From contig OZ365109.1 in NCBI GenBank assembly GCA_977030845.1, positions 57,040,001 through 57,104,000 on the forward strand: a stretch of DNA of 64,000 nucleotides, written 5' to 3'. This document shows, piece by piece, positions 24,291 through 37,746 of the stretch. This DNA comes from Fimbriosthenelais zetlandica. Its lineage: Eukaryota. A model generated the notes under the pieces. The model was given only the letters and a program-made list of their open reading frames with translations. It was not told the origin of the DNA and searched no databases. The first letter of the stretch is position 1. The number at the start of each line of letters is the position of its first letter. The position numbers and the translations under genes are program-made.

Positions 24291-27200
24291 CACACTGTCT
24301 CCCCCTCTGGGCATTGCTTCACTTCACATCCCAGAGCAGATTCTACCATCTATATGACAGCACCCTGGCAGTGAGGACAGTTTGATGCTTCGATCAAACT
24401 TCCCCCTGTCTCCAGGTTCACTAGGTGCAAGTGTATTCTCGTGTATGAGCGATGTGAAGGGCAAGACATGTCACCAGAGGCTATGAGGCCTTAAACATCC
24501 TTTTTTCTACAGACGTGCATCACTTCTATTTATAATAAGTGATGTCACAATGCTTTGCTGGTGCAATGTGTCTCTTCGCGCATTGCTCTTTGTACAACAA
24601 ACAGAGGTCGAATGAAATGAGCGAATGAAATCTTCTGATGTCTTCATGTGTGGTTCTCATGAACATGCTTTGTTTTCTTCTTTTCCTGCAAGGTCAGGGC
24701 CTGTTTGATAAGCAATTAAACAGATGTTACAGTGAACTCTGTTCGAGCAATTTGTAAGTCGTGAAAATGAACTAGTGTTTCAGGGCTTGTAAAATATGGA
24801 GCATCGACGCCCTGACCTATACCAAATCTTCCTGTCAAACTACCATGCTTGACTTTCGATACAATGAATAATAAAATATAGCACAGACTACCATACAAAC
24901 TACTACGTATTTTTTGAGCCAGGTATAAACGGAACGGTGTAGATGGTGTACACCAATGGTAGAAATGAGCTGAATCATCAAATTTGAACCCTGTCATCAA
25001 GTCACTCACACAAAGTCTTGGTGCATAATAGCTCTAGAAAGAAGCACATGCAGTTGTGTATGCATGCGTCAAGCCTTTAAATTGGGCATGCTACATCAAA
25101 CATCCAAATGATGAGTATCACCCACAATGGTTGTAAACTAACTGGGGATCACATATGACAGTATACGTAATGTACCATCATGGTTAGCAGGACACCCTTC
25201 AAAGGCCTGTGTTAGTGATTTCACACGTTTGCACCGTTTGGTCTGCTTGGTTGATGGCATGTAACATCTCCTTTATCAACGCCCATGATTATACCTCGAC
25301 GCCAACACTTGCTTCCCTGCCAAATGTTCATCTTCATGCATGCTATAACTGTTACATGTATGACATACCTGATATAAAGGGCAGGATGCCACAGTCTTAG
25401 GTTGTTTGACTAATATAATATATGTCATACCCTGTAGAACTGGATCTGTTTCTGATTTTAAAATCCAATCCTTGTCGCTTCGAGGCTGAGCTCACACCAA
25501 CATACATGCATACTTTGTCAATGACAAGCTTGCATAATAATGTTGGACTGTTAACTGTTAACACCTCCATTGAATTTTGCGGAATGCAGGAGATATGCTG
25601 GGCTATAAATTTATGTGTTCTTTTTTTATCCTTTCTCTTACACGATTGATGAATACCTTTCTGCTCTTGCTTCAGTAATTTACATTGAACATTCCTACAG
25701 GCTGGCATATGCCTTGTTGAGTGGTGCTTCCTATAGAGAGCTATAGGTAATAATTTTTGAGCTACCATTGCTTCCTCAACCAATGACTAATGTCTATCGA
25801 ATCGGAGAAGTCATAATTGCAGAAGGTGGAGAGTGATTGATTTTCCTTGCAGATTTGAAAAGGTGCCAAGTATTGGTAAAGCGTTTCTTGGCCACTCCTT
25901 CAATGGGAGCCGACTCTTTTTCCCTGACCCCATCCTCCAAGCGCAAGTGTAGGAGAACTCACTCACTTTTCTTCATCCCCCAACACACACACTCACTTCC
26001 CAGGCGTCATGAATCATGTCCACGCTGACAACCGATTCACATGCCTTATCATCCCAATCCCTGCCTATTCATACCCTGACAATATTGGATATAAAAAGCT
26101 ACCATCACCAAACCACTTTGCCTGAGCCATTCTGTGGTGAGAACCGAATACAGCATCTCTCTCACAAAGCCATACAAAAAGATCCAATAATCAATCTAAA
26201 TAAAGATGAAGCCCTTTTAAAAGGCAGTCAAAGATGGCTGCTCACTCAGGATGTAATTTGCCTATACGAAAGGGCCCAATGTCCGCAGCTTTCTGTAGAG
26301 TTCACAGAATGGCACTGGTGATGTCTATCTGCAGGCTATTTTGTGTTTCCAGCACCGGGTCTGATATGGATATCGCTGTTGGAATTCGCCGGGCTCGGAG
26401 AGTAGTATTCCAGAGATATTGAACATGAACCTTTAATCGAAGCTTCGAAATTCGTGTGGAGGTCATTTGATATCTTATTGAAGATCGATGGCTAGTGCTT
26501 GGTAATGGGCCATTATAATAATGACGACGTCATAGCGAGGCTTCATGTGTCTGAACATGTGTACATGTAGTCCCATGTATACATGTATACTACTTACATA
26601 AATGAGTATTAAAACACTCTTTCCCAGTGAACTACTAATATTCCTGTGGATGTCTTTTACCTTTTGCGAAAACCACATAATAATTATAGTGTGCTTGAGG
26701 CTGTATATAAGCCTGATACAGAACACAGTCTTCAATAAAAGCATTATTGTTTTGCCAAGGACTGCATAACTTCAGACAATCAGATACATGGTTTAAAATA
26801 TTTTACCTGTTATTTGTTGAAAGCACATTTTCACTGAAATGATGGATCCGCCTCAAGTTACTTTGACGAGGAGTACAACAAAGGATACATCTTCCCATTC
26901 ACTTTTCCCCTTCCATGTATAGTTGAAGATTGGCCTCTCCATCCTGAACGGTGAAGCCAACAAATACCTCCCTTGTAAAACAAGTATTACAAATCTGCCC
27001 GAGGTCCACGCTTGTCCCGTTAGGCTACTTAGATCCCAAAGTCATAGAACTGTGGAGCCCCAACATGCCCCATACTTATTGACAATCCTTTCGCTCTTGG
27101 ACATTTCGCCTTGATAAGGTATTGACATTTGGTCGACTTCAGCTGATGGCATACCCACAGCTTAGATCCCCAAGTTGCCATCAGATGGCGTGGGACGTAA

Positions 27201-30200
27201 CAGGTGGCTCTATTATCGCCCACTTATACGTGCCTCTAGGTTTTTTTCCGCCTTTCCATTTCCAAATCTAGCATCATCGTTTATGGACTCACAGTAATAA
27301 ATTACGACAAGCCTGTGTGTGTTTTCTCTCCCTCTTCCCTCCCCCTCCCCTCTTGGGTCAATATTATCTCTATTTTTGGAAGCCAGAGATAAGATCTGGA
27401 AGATGAATGTGGTGAAAGGTAGACTATCAGTACTTGATCTGCAGTCTTTATACTGGCAGAGTGAGCTTGTGTTGACCCAGTAATGGATGGACATATTATA
27501 AATCATCTCTATTGGATCCCTGCTTTATTGACCGTATACTCTCCCACTAATACTCTGTATTAATGGCTTCTGGCTGACTCCTACAATTATGAAAGTAGGC
27601 TATGAGTTTGGCTTCCTTTTGTGGCTTTTCTTACCTCTTTTTGTTCCCCGTATTATTTCTGATCTCTACTCTGCTTTACTCTAGAAGTATATTCTTTCCT
27701 TGGTCTGTCAAAAATGCCCACTTGAGACTGCATTTTCGATCTTATACAGCCTGAACCACCAATCCAGGGTCATTTCCAGAGATCCTGCTGCCACGGGAAT
27801 CAATGGATTATGATATATTGCCTGTTTATTCCACCAAGAATTGATATTGTCAATTTGACGAGCATGACTGCTAGATCGTCCCATATACAATCAGAGGTCA
27901 GCGACCTGTGCTACATAGGCTATCTACCTTACTGACACTCCTATTCCTGGCTAGCCTGCCAAAAATCCCACTAATGGCAGTTAGGCCAGGTTCAGCCTAA
28001 CACCCTCCTGTCGATTAACACATTATTCAAAGATCAGTGAGTAGAGATAAGTGACTAGGCCAAGTGATGTATGAGCTACTCACCTCCTCTCTGAAAATAC
28101 CAGGCCCTGAGCTGCTCAGACGTTTATACAATCCCTATGAGGCAAGCTGAGAAGAGAGATGGAGTGAAAGATTCTTCATGTCATTATTTAATTCAAAGTG
28201 CTCTTGGGCTTTCTCAACTAATTAATTTTCCTGCTTTTCCCCGGTACATATTGATTCAGAGTTTGTTCAAATCAAGGAATTCATAAACTGTATTAGACGG
28301 GCAAACATGCTTGGCGCTTTCTGAAGGGCTCCTTGCTGTAATGTGTCTCAGTCTGAATTGGCTTTAATGAACAAGGATTTCCATTGCAATTGCACACACT
28401 CAAATTTTAGTTCCAGCATAAAGGAGTTTGGACTGCCATATAGCTTGGTTCACTACTAAGAGGTTCTCATACTATAGGAACAATGTCCCCAAAAAAACTT
28501 TTCTAAATGAATTAACACAGGGCCTTGAAAGGCTCCTATGCACTGCCTTCCCTATATATGTGATACTCTGGTATACTCAAGTAGTATATAAAACTAGGAA
28601 TTCGCCGCTGGCTGCTGGTCGGGCCTGGCCCTGTTGTCAGAATACAATTTCCAATTGACTCTTTTTGCTTTATTGGCTCGCCTGAGGCAGCCTTTTAGAT
28701 GTTGTAAATCGATATCTGAAAAGGATTTAAAAAGACACTGCAAGTACCAACGTGTAAGGCTGCATTATCTACTTAACAAGCCTGATATGTGTTTACAGCC
28801 TGTGTTAAATATGCAGAGCCAGAGCTTCATATTATACCCGCCGGCTTTATGCTTACAATGCAGTTATCAACCTACATTTCCTTATACCTCTAAGGATAAT
28901 CAATACCCTTTAATAAAATATACCACTCTTTCCCATATAATTATATGATTAGCCAGATCATGGTTGATCATAGCTCAATTTTAGCATGTCTTCTTGTGTT
29001 GTGGAATATACAGCTGTATATGGAGGTGGTCTGCCTTGACAAGGCTTTGAGGCATGAGCTACTTTGACTTAGACTTATTCCACATGTGGTTTGTGGCTGT
29101 ATCCAAGCTGGGGATAAGGTGATGGAACTGGGAGAAGCCATCTTGTCTGCTGTATGCCATGCCTGCAGCAAGACGATAAAGAGATAGCCTCATATCTTTT
29201 TCATCCTATTATTCTTGTGATCAAAGTGTGCGACAAGACAAAGCTGCGACTCACGCCCCGCGTTTGCTTTGCTTCGCCCCTGATTGATGTCTTCCTAAGG
29301 TGCAGTGCGCGCACTTGTTACCCAGAATCCCGAGTGAGTCGGTGTTCGTGTCTCGGGCCTGCCTGGAACACGTCATAATTATCTTTCCGGGTCATAGTTC
29401 AGTGACTGGGTCAGAGGTCGGCCGATGATGACACGAGCCAGAGCTCATGCTGCTGGTTCCCATAGAAACAGCCACGGTGCATGCCCGCCATGGATACATA
29501 CCATACTTCTCATCTTATGTAGGAAACATGTCCATGTATGAAAGGCACTGGCCTCAAGGATATTGTGGAAGAAAGACAGATAGGTATGGTACGTCTAGGG
29601 AAAAAGAGGGAAGGGTGGAAATGTCTGCAAACACCCCAGGCACACACATCCAACATGCTACTGGCATATACAGCTACTGTCAAGCATACAGGAACGGGAA
29701 GAATATTTGTGTCTTTCCTTAACAATTTTTATCTTTCCTTCCACAGGCTGAGCACTTTGAAGTTGCTTCTGGGTCTTCCAGCTATTGTTTCTTTCACCAC
29801 TGCACTGTTAAGATCTTTATTTCAGAGGATATCAAGTACTGGTGATGAGTTTAAAAAAAATTGAGCTCATCTGCATATATATCTCTTAACGACATTACTT
29901 TCTTGAAGTGCACTGATTATGCGCCTGAAGGTATGCTTCAAATCTAGTTCACTGACTCTCGCCAGACCTGCCTGATCATATTGTATCCAACGAAAAAACC
30001 CTTATGTCAATACCTCGCCCGTTCTTCGGAGAAAGAAAAATGGCATTCAAGGAACTGGCTCATTCTACTACCGCTGGCAACTGCATGGACCACCTTGTTA
30101 AGTCTATATTTAGCTAAATCGATATAACAATCAAATGGAAAAACATCAGTCAGGAACAATTGTGTCATCTATCATCAACATTAGAATGGTGATAGAAAAG

Positions 30201-32253
30201 CAATAAGTGCTCTCCTCCCTCATAACCACATTGCTGGCTAGTGTAAACACATCAAACTGTCAGCCTTTACCTTGGTCCCGCTGACCTTTGACCTCCAATC
30301 TATGCCTTGATTGGTGCAGGTGGTCTCTGGTCCACTCACGTGGTCGCTTGACCTTGAGGTCGAAGTCAGGCGGGGTCAAGCCTGGAAGCTTCACTCTCAT
30401 CTATAAAACGTGCCCAACTTGTGATATATCGTTAAAGCTTTTAGAGGGCTCTGATGAAAAGCAGGCTGTTACCGGCTCCCATCTTGGCCACACACGCGCA
30501 TAAAAGGTTGGAAGAGGCTGATCTGTTTAAAATTCTGCCGCGCTCCCCCCTCACCACTGAACAACCTGTTGGCCATGGCGAGCTTTTAAGCCCGGTAAAA
30601 ACCACACTCTGCAGGCATAATTGATTGCTCCATTTGGGCTAGCGAGTGTTTAGATGTATGATTACACGTGTTATTGCTGTGTCATGCTTGGTGGAAATAA
30701 TCATCATTTTATTATGGTAAAAAACAAATTAACCAAGCCTGGAAACTGGCCTTGAGTGGCGCTGCAACTAGGCTGAGCTCTTTAAGCTAAGAGCACCTAG
30801 ATGCACTTGCCCGAACTTGTCTCTGTGCTAGTTCATGGCATGGAAGTATAGTGAGTTAAGCCCTTACAACTCAGATAAGCCTCTATTAATGAAGTAAGTC
30901 AGATTAATTTTAAATCCCATTGTTGGAAGCGCCCTTCTGCCTGCTTAGTGTATTGATCGTACCCGCAACATCTGCTTTTCTATATGATCCCTCCCATATA
31001 ATGATTAAAGTGGTTTTTGGTTATTCAGGCTTCCAAGCTGCCTATTAAAATCTACTCTGCATTGCATGGTCGATTCATGACTTTCGAAACCTAGGGCATT
31101 GTTGCAATGCAGTTGTCTGAGTTAACGTGAATTTAACTTCGATGAACAGTGATCCCAACAGCTCGGTGCTGATTGTGTTACACAGGCAAAGCTGATTGAT
31201 AATAGTTATTATTAACATTTATTTTTTTTAAACCCCAAATTTGTCAATCAATCACAGGCAAGAGATAACTGTAAGATAATGACAGAAAAGTACATGCTGG
31301 TTTGCCAAAGCAAGGCAAATTCTCACTGTTACTGACAAGTTGTAGATCGTTTTTTCTCTCTTGAATGTATGAAATATATTGGAAATATGCAAGGCTGTGC
31401 ATGGTCTGTTTCGTCAGCGTGTGCAAGCTGTGTCAGTGCCAAGGGGTGTGGTGAGAAGCAATCAATAGACAAGGCCCATCTGTGTTTGCTTTATTAGAAC
31501 TACCTCCGAAGCTTTGCCATATACCACATCGATCTTTGCAAACGCGCACATTTTCCCCCATTTTCCAGATACTACCATACAATATCAATAATGGGCCATT
31601 GGTGATATTTATCCTCCGGATAATATTGTTTGTCATTTTCATTGGGTTTTATCGCCTTTTCTCGCTGGGTTCCAGTGCCGGTCTGATGCTGTCCACTCAC
31701 AAACAGTTGCTTCTGTCACACGCTCTCAAGTTTCCGTGTGAATACAAGCCTCGACTGAAATTCAAGATCATGTGTGATTTTCCTATTACTATCCCACGAG
31801 CGGCTGATTCAATTAAACCCGTCCCATATTCAATTACTTCCAACTTTTTAACATCTCCGTCTCCTCTGTGCCTTAAAAATGGATGAAAAAGCCAGCAGTA
31901 TGTGTTGATTTGAAGTGATTGTCCGCTGGTCTGCCGTTCTTTCTATATTTTTATTCCCGTCCTTGGGAAGGTATTTCTGGATCTTCTCCCACATGATTAT
32001 CGATTGTGTCTAAATTTGACAGGTAGGAGAGGGGTAGGAGTTCCCTGGTGGAGGATAAAGCCCTCCCTGAACCATCGAAACTTCTTCCAGTCCAGCAATG
32101 GCGAAGCGAAGAGATGTGAATGAAGCAGAAGGATAACTTGTTGGTACATGTCATTCAACGCCTATCCCCGTCTGAAAATACCCTCCTCCCAAGAGACTTA
32201 CGTGTCCCCAGAAAGATCTAATATATCTAGTGGTGACAAGGTTGATTGATGAT

Positions 32254-32308
32254 CTGCCACCATAGCAACACACAACCCATCTCGTTGCCCATAGCAACCA
32301 CAGGTAAC
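32254..32308. promoter_or_regulatory. Cluster of RFX X-box-like sites
   Basis: CCATAGCAAC occurs twice (32260-32269 and within GTTGCCCATAGCAAC at 32284-32298), followed by a GGTAAC half-site. Confidence 0.4.
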
Positions 32309-35300
32309 CAGGATCTAGTTAGGGACCAGGTTTAACGCCCAATCTGGGTGTAGTGGGAGTAGAGCACATCAGTAAGGAGCAATAGCTCGCACCAAAAGCA
32401 CACTTGCTTTTGTAAATTTAAAGCAAAGGAGGGAGAGGCTGTCAGTGACAAATTGGCTCTGACCTGACATGTCTATTACATGTCAACCAACTCTATGCAT
32501 GTCGAAACATACATCTATGTCCCCCTATCAGTTGTGAGTGATTGGATGGCAAGCATGTATCAGTAGGACTTTTTACTCACAAGTATTACATGTATCGGTT
32601 CGTTTACCGGTTAATAAATGCTGTGACACACTCTTAGGCCTATATTGCGGTGTTCATGTGTGGGGTGCTAAAATGTCTTCATAAATTATCAGGAAGGATG
32701 CATTGTAGGGTGAGGACTGGGAGTGAGTGGCACATCAAGACCCATCTAAGATCATGTGAATGAGTCTATTAATTTAGGTAGGCCTACTGGAAAAAGCGAG
32801 CACTTTCATCTTAATGATATACATATTATATTTCCATGTTCTTCTGCTTTATTAGCATCTCTTTGAAATGGTGCATAGGCCTAATTGTGATCTTAGTATC
32901 AAAATAACTGTTGGTAGCCCATTAAGCCAAAATTTAGTACATTGTAATAAGGATTGTTTCCAGATAAGAAATCTGTAGACGTCTGGAACTGAGTCCAATT
33001 CAATTGCTTCGATTTTCCATAGAGCATCCTGAAACATTTTGAAAGCAGGACACGGTGATCTATTTCTCGGGATGAAGTCCCATTTCTTGCTTTCAATACC
33101 ATTTGATAACCGGAAAATACCAGCGACTGAAAGGTTATCTCATGTCTTTTCTCAGACACTTGCACTCGGTGCTGTCACACCATTAAGATTTCCTCCTGCC
33201 ACTGTGAATACCCAATGTAATTTAGGGACGGTTGATACAAACATGACAGGACTGGAAATGATCCATTCGGAGGCCCTCCGCTCCCAACCCAAGGTGTATC
33301 AGAAGATCCTTGGAGTAGTCCTATGCAAATCACCCCATGCCAATAGTAAACCAGATCTCCATGGTGATGGTGATTTGTTACTAGGGCTAGGGCTTTGATG
33401 ATTTATGGCAAAGCTTTGATGCTAGCAATCGATCATATGCGTATCGTCATATGGTGGGTCTTTCCGGACAGACATAAACCTAGGAGTTAAAGTATTCACA
33501 CAAAGACTGAAATACAGCCAGCCCAGAAAGGTTGTTGCCCCCGGCATCATAGTAACATGTGATACAGAACATTAAAGGGGAGACTATATGCCATTCAGCA
33601 AGTGTATATAATGAGACATGTATGCCCGGTGAGGCTTAAGTATACTACTGTTTTAATATATTATGAGCTTCTCTCTGTGAGAAGTACTCTGGTTATCTTT
33701 TGGAAGTTCAGCAGGTCTCCTGTATTTCTTTTCGTATATGTATTATATTTGCTCCCCCAATTTCAGCTTCCTTCTTGTTTTTACTCACTAGCCTACGTGA
33801 CCACAATAACGTTTCCTTCATTTCCAGAATTGCACATTTGCCGTATCATTTATACGATATGAAAACCTCGCTTTGTGAAGTTGCTTGTGTTACAGGAAAT
33901 AACAGGGAGGAAATGAAGAGTGTTTTGCCAAGTTGTTTTATGCGCCGGAAACCTCATATATGCAGGGAGCTCTTTGAGGCTCAGAAAAAGTATATAGGAT
34001 TCTGGCAATATTGGATTTACAGATTCATCAAAGCTAATGAAGAAAAAAGGCGCGTTTCCAGCACACCATGGGCCAGTTGCTTAATGCTAATTATTCCATA
34101 CAGGACCTCACTGTTTTGTCTATTATAATATGATCTGCTGTTGACGTAATGAATAGGACGTCGTCACCCTTATTATTCAAGGATCCCTATGACCTGCATG
34201 TCATGCGAAATGCATGCAGCACACTGAGTTCATTCAGAACTATAATTTAATACTAAGGAATATCCATACGATTATTGATGAAGATACACATCTTATAGAC
34301 AGAAATACAGGTGCGCTTGTGTCCACAGTCTTTATATTCCGAAATTGTCATCAATCATAATTTCGTCTTGCTTTCTTGCTTCATCGTTTGCTTCAGGTTT
34401 TGAGCGTATTTTGCTCTCCTAGAAATTTTAACCAGGGCTGCACGTTTGCCTGGCCTTTGGGTTGAGCATTACGAAAGGAAAAAGTTAATTGTCATTTATG
34501 CCTGACAGTGTTTAGTGTGTATATACTCACCAACCTGCTTAAGGTGCTTGCCTGCATGGGCCCCCAGCCCACTCAGTATGTGACAGGTTTATGTTGAGCT
34601 TGTGTCCCAGTCACAGCTGTCACTGGCATCAGAGGCCCATTAACGATGACAAACATTGCTAGGCCTCTGGTAAAGAGGGTCTTCTATTGCAGACCGGACG
34701 CAAACACAGGCAATCACCGGCTGCACAATTTTCTGTTTCAATTTGCTGGTCAAATACAGTACACCAGTCTATGTAAAGTACAGTGGGTTTGTGGAGGGAC
34801 GACTATATACAAGTGATATTTTCAATTGCTTGTCACTGATTTTCCCTATTCCAGTGCTTATTATTGGTTCTATGGGGATTCTGCTGTTCAACTTCTAGAG
34901 CCATTCTTGGTTTGTTTTCTTGATATCCTGCAGAAACATTGTGTTTCTACATTTTATTTTCATGCTTGTTATAGCAGACTGTGGGCACATCTTTATGCAA
35001 CCTGTACCTGGATAGTTACTTAAGTTAGGAGAAGTCGATCATTCTCCAATGCTCCATGAACAAGTTTTTCCTAGGGGAAAATGAATAAAAAGGACCTTAT
35101 CTTTCATGTCTATTTTTTGACATGCATGTTGTGTGTAGTCCTTTTACATGAAACGAAGAAGCAAATTTAGAAAGCGCTTGTTTTCTTTTGTTCCTTTCTC
35201 TTTTCTTCTCCACGTTAATAGAATACTGTCTACGCCCGTCTGGCATCCCTTTTGCCCCATTTGTTATGGTTGCAGGTATGTTCTTGCATAAGATGTGACG

Positions 35301-37686
35301 TTTACAGTTGTACCTGTCATCTTCATTCGTTGCCTTGGCAGCAGCATTCATGAGACATTACAAGAATGTGAAAGCTTCACAGCATGGCGCTTATGCTGAG
35401 GTATATAGTTTGTCCAAGAGTCTTATCAAACATAAAGACCTTCATAAAAGACTTTTTGCCCGGGTGAAAAACCATTGTATGACACATGTCTATTAGCAAG
35501 CTGTAGGGAATTTGACAGTACATGCTGCACTAATGCCTCCTTTTTCTTTTGGTGTATTGCATTTCATTATTTTACTTGAAAATGAATATTAGTGAATAGC
35601 CAAACATATGCAATTTGCATTGCTGACATGACTATTACTGATCTAGCAGATATGGTAATCTATACTTGCAACACAATTAAATATATGCTATATAATATGT
35701 CAAGATGGTAATGATTTCCATACCGCAGAACAGACATGTTCCTTGTTTGTTCAGTAAAAACTTGTGTATCCAATTCATATGGAAGACAAAATGATTTTGT
35801 GGTGTAGGGACAGTCACTTTTATTACCATGTCCAATTAGAATAAGTCTCCTACATTGGCCATAAATTAAGGAAATGTTCTAAGGCTGGTTCATCGATGAG
35901 AACACCCCCGAAAAATATGGAGCGGAACATAATTATACCATCCTTGCGGGTGTCTTTACACAAAGTCCCTCCCCCACATGGAAGCTTTACAAACTGGTAT
36001 CCGCTCCTATACGATGGACATTAAGAGCTCCTCTTGTCTGTAATTACAGCCAGAAATATCCCTGTCTGAGTGAATGATCTAAATGTTAATTAAGGTTCTA
36101 ACTGTGCTCATTTAGCGTGCTGTGGAGCAGGCCCGTCTCCTCCATTCATTACCCGGCCAAGGTGAGAATCTATAATGACCCCACAGCATGCATGTGGTGC
36201 CTGGAAAAATCATTGTTCCCGGACTTCTTTAGAGAATTGTTTGTTTTTGGTTTATCTCTGTTTGGGATATAATCAATCATGTATTTTTTGGCCCACATTG
36301 ATGAATCGTTTCACCTTTGTTTCTTTCAAAACATTTCAAGGGCATCCTTTGAAGCCAGTTCTATTCCTTCATTATTTGATATTACCCATGAGGTTTAGAT
36401 AACTTGTTCCAAATCCTGCAAGACTAAGCCATTGTCAGAGTTTTTCATATTATTAATTGTCATCGATTTTCACTGTAAACATCTTGGAATTAATTTGTGG
36501 ACTTTGGATTTGAACCTGACAGGTAATGCAATTATGTCACGCTGTTGTAATGTAGAAGATATAATGAATAGCAGTGAGCCTTCTGCTGAATCTCGTGCCA
36601 GATGAATTTGGCAATTTAATAAACACCCACCAGAATTAATCATGCAATTACCCCGCATATTCCCATCCAAAGGGACTGTCTCCACGAGAGATCCTATATT
36701 AAATTGGCATATTTCCTCCCACATTGACCCGAGGAGAAGCCATATGCGGAGTCACATTGGAGAACATCCAGTTTATGAAGCCACAGACCTTTCGCTTCCT
36801 CCTTTTGACATCTCTTCTGCAACCTTCCCTGCAGGAGCTTCATCAATACGCTTGTAAACTGGGGCTTGGATTAAATTTTGTCCTGGTGAAAGACCTCGCT
36901 GGAGTGGCCCTTCTGGGCCCATCTACGTATTCTCTCTCCCACCAAGAGTCGATGGTAGATCGCTGGCCACGAATTGCCCAGTCAATAGGTGGCCTGCCTT
37001 ACTCTGCCTTAATCAGGATAATCTAGACCATGTGTGCTTACCATCACTGTTATCTCTAAGTAAAAGGACGGAGGCACACACTTTATCTCCGCTTTGTTCT
37101 CTCACAGATAGGAGGCTTGGGCAGCCTTTCACTTTGACTTTTTGGCTCGATGGTAGCTTAAACTGTTGGTGATGAGAAGGGATATATATTTTGGTTCTTC
37201 TCTATCTGAAATATAAATAGAGTTGGATTTTTTTGGCCAGGAAATTTTTGAAAAATGATCTATATTCTACTATTTTCCCGATTAAAATGTATTCATTTAA
37301 GATTTTACTTTTAAATGTAATTTTTTTGTTTTATTATTATCATACAATTAATTTCCTCTGTCCATTCAAAAGTACATGCTCGAATGACACGGTGCTGTGT
37401 AGAATCTGTACTTCGTCAATAGGCCATATCAAAGCACCCAAAAGAAGATGGGAATTCTGTGTGAATCATCTGAATGCTTTCCGTTTCCCGGACACTTGAT
37501 CCCAGGGGCATGGACAAGGCCAGTGGCTAGTGGACGCATGCCATCAAGCCCACGCTCGTTCATGACCAAGCCAAGCAGAAGGTTTCATCTGTAGACGTTT
37601 GGTGGCCAATATAATAAGACACATCAATAGCCCACTCAGTATCACAGCCCCACTGACCAAGCCCTGCCTGATGATATATTGATTTG

Positions 37687-37746
37687 GTCGCCAGGGGTAA
37701 CTGTTGTCATAGCGACGGTTGTTATGGATATAGTTGCCAGGGTGGC
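37687..37746. promoter_or_regulatory. Tandem array of four RFX X-box-like motifs at 15-16 bp period
   Basis: GTCGCCAGGGGTAAC (37687), GTTGTCATAGCGAC (37703), GTTGTTATGGATAT (37718) and GTTGCCAGGGTGGC (37733). Confidence 0.5.
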
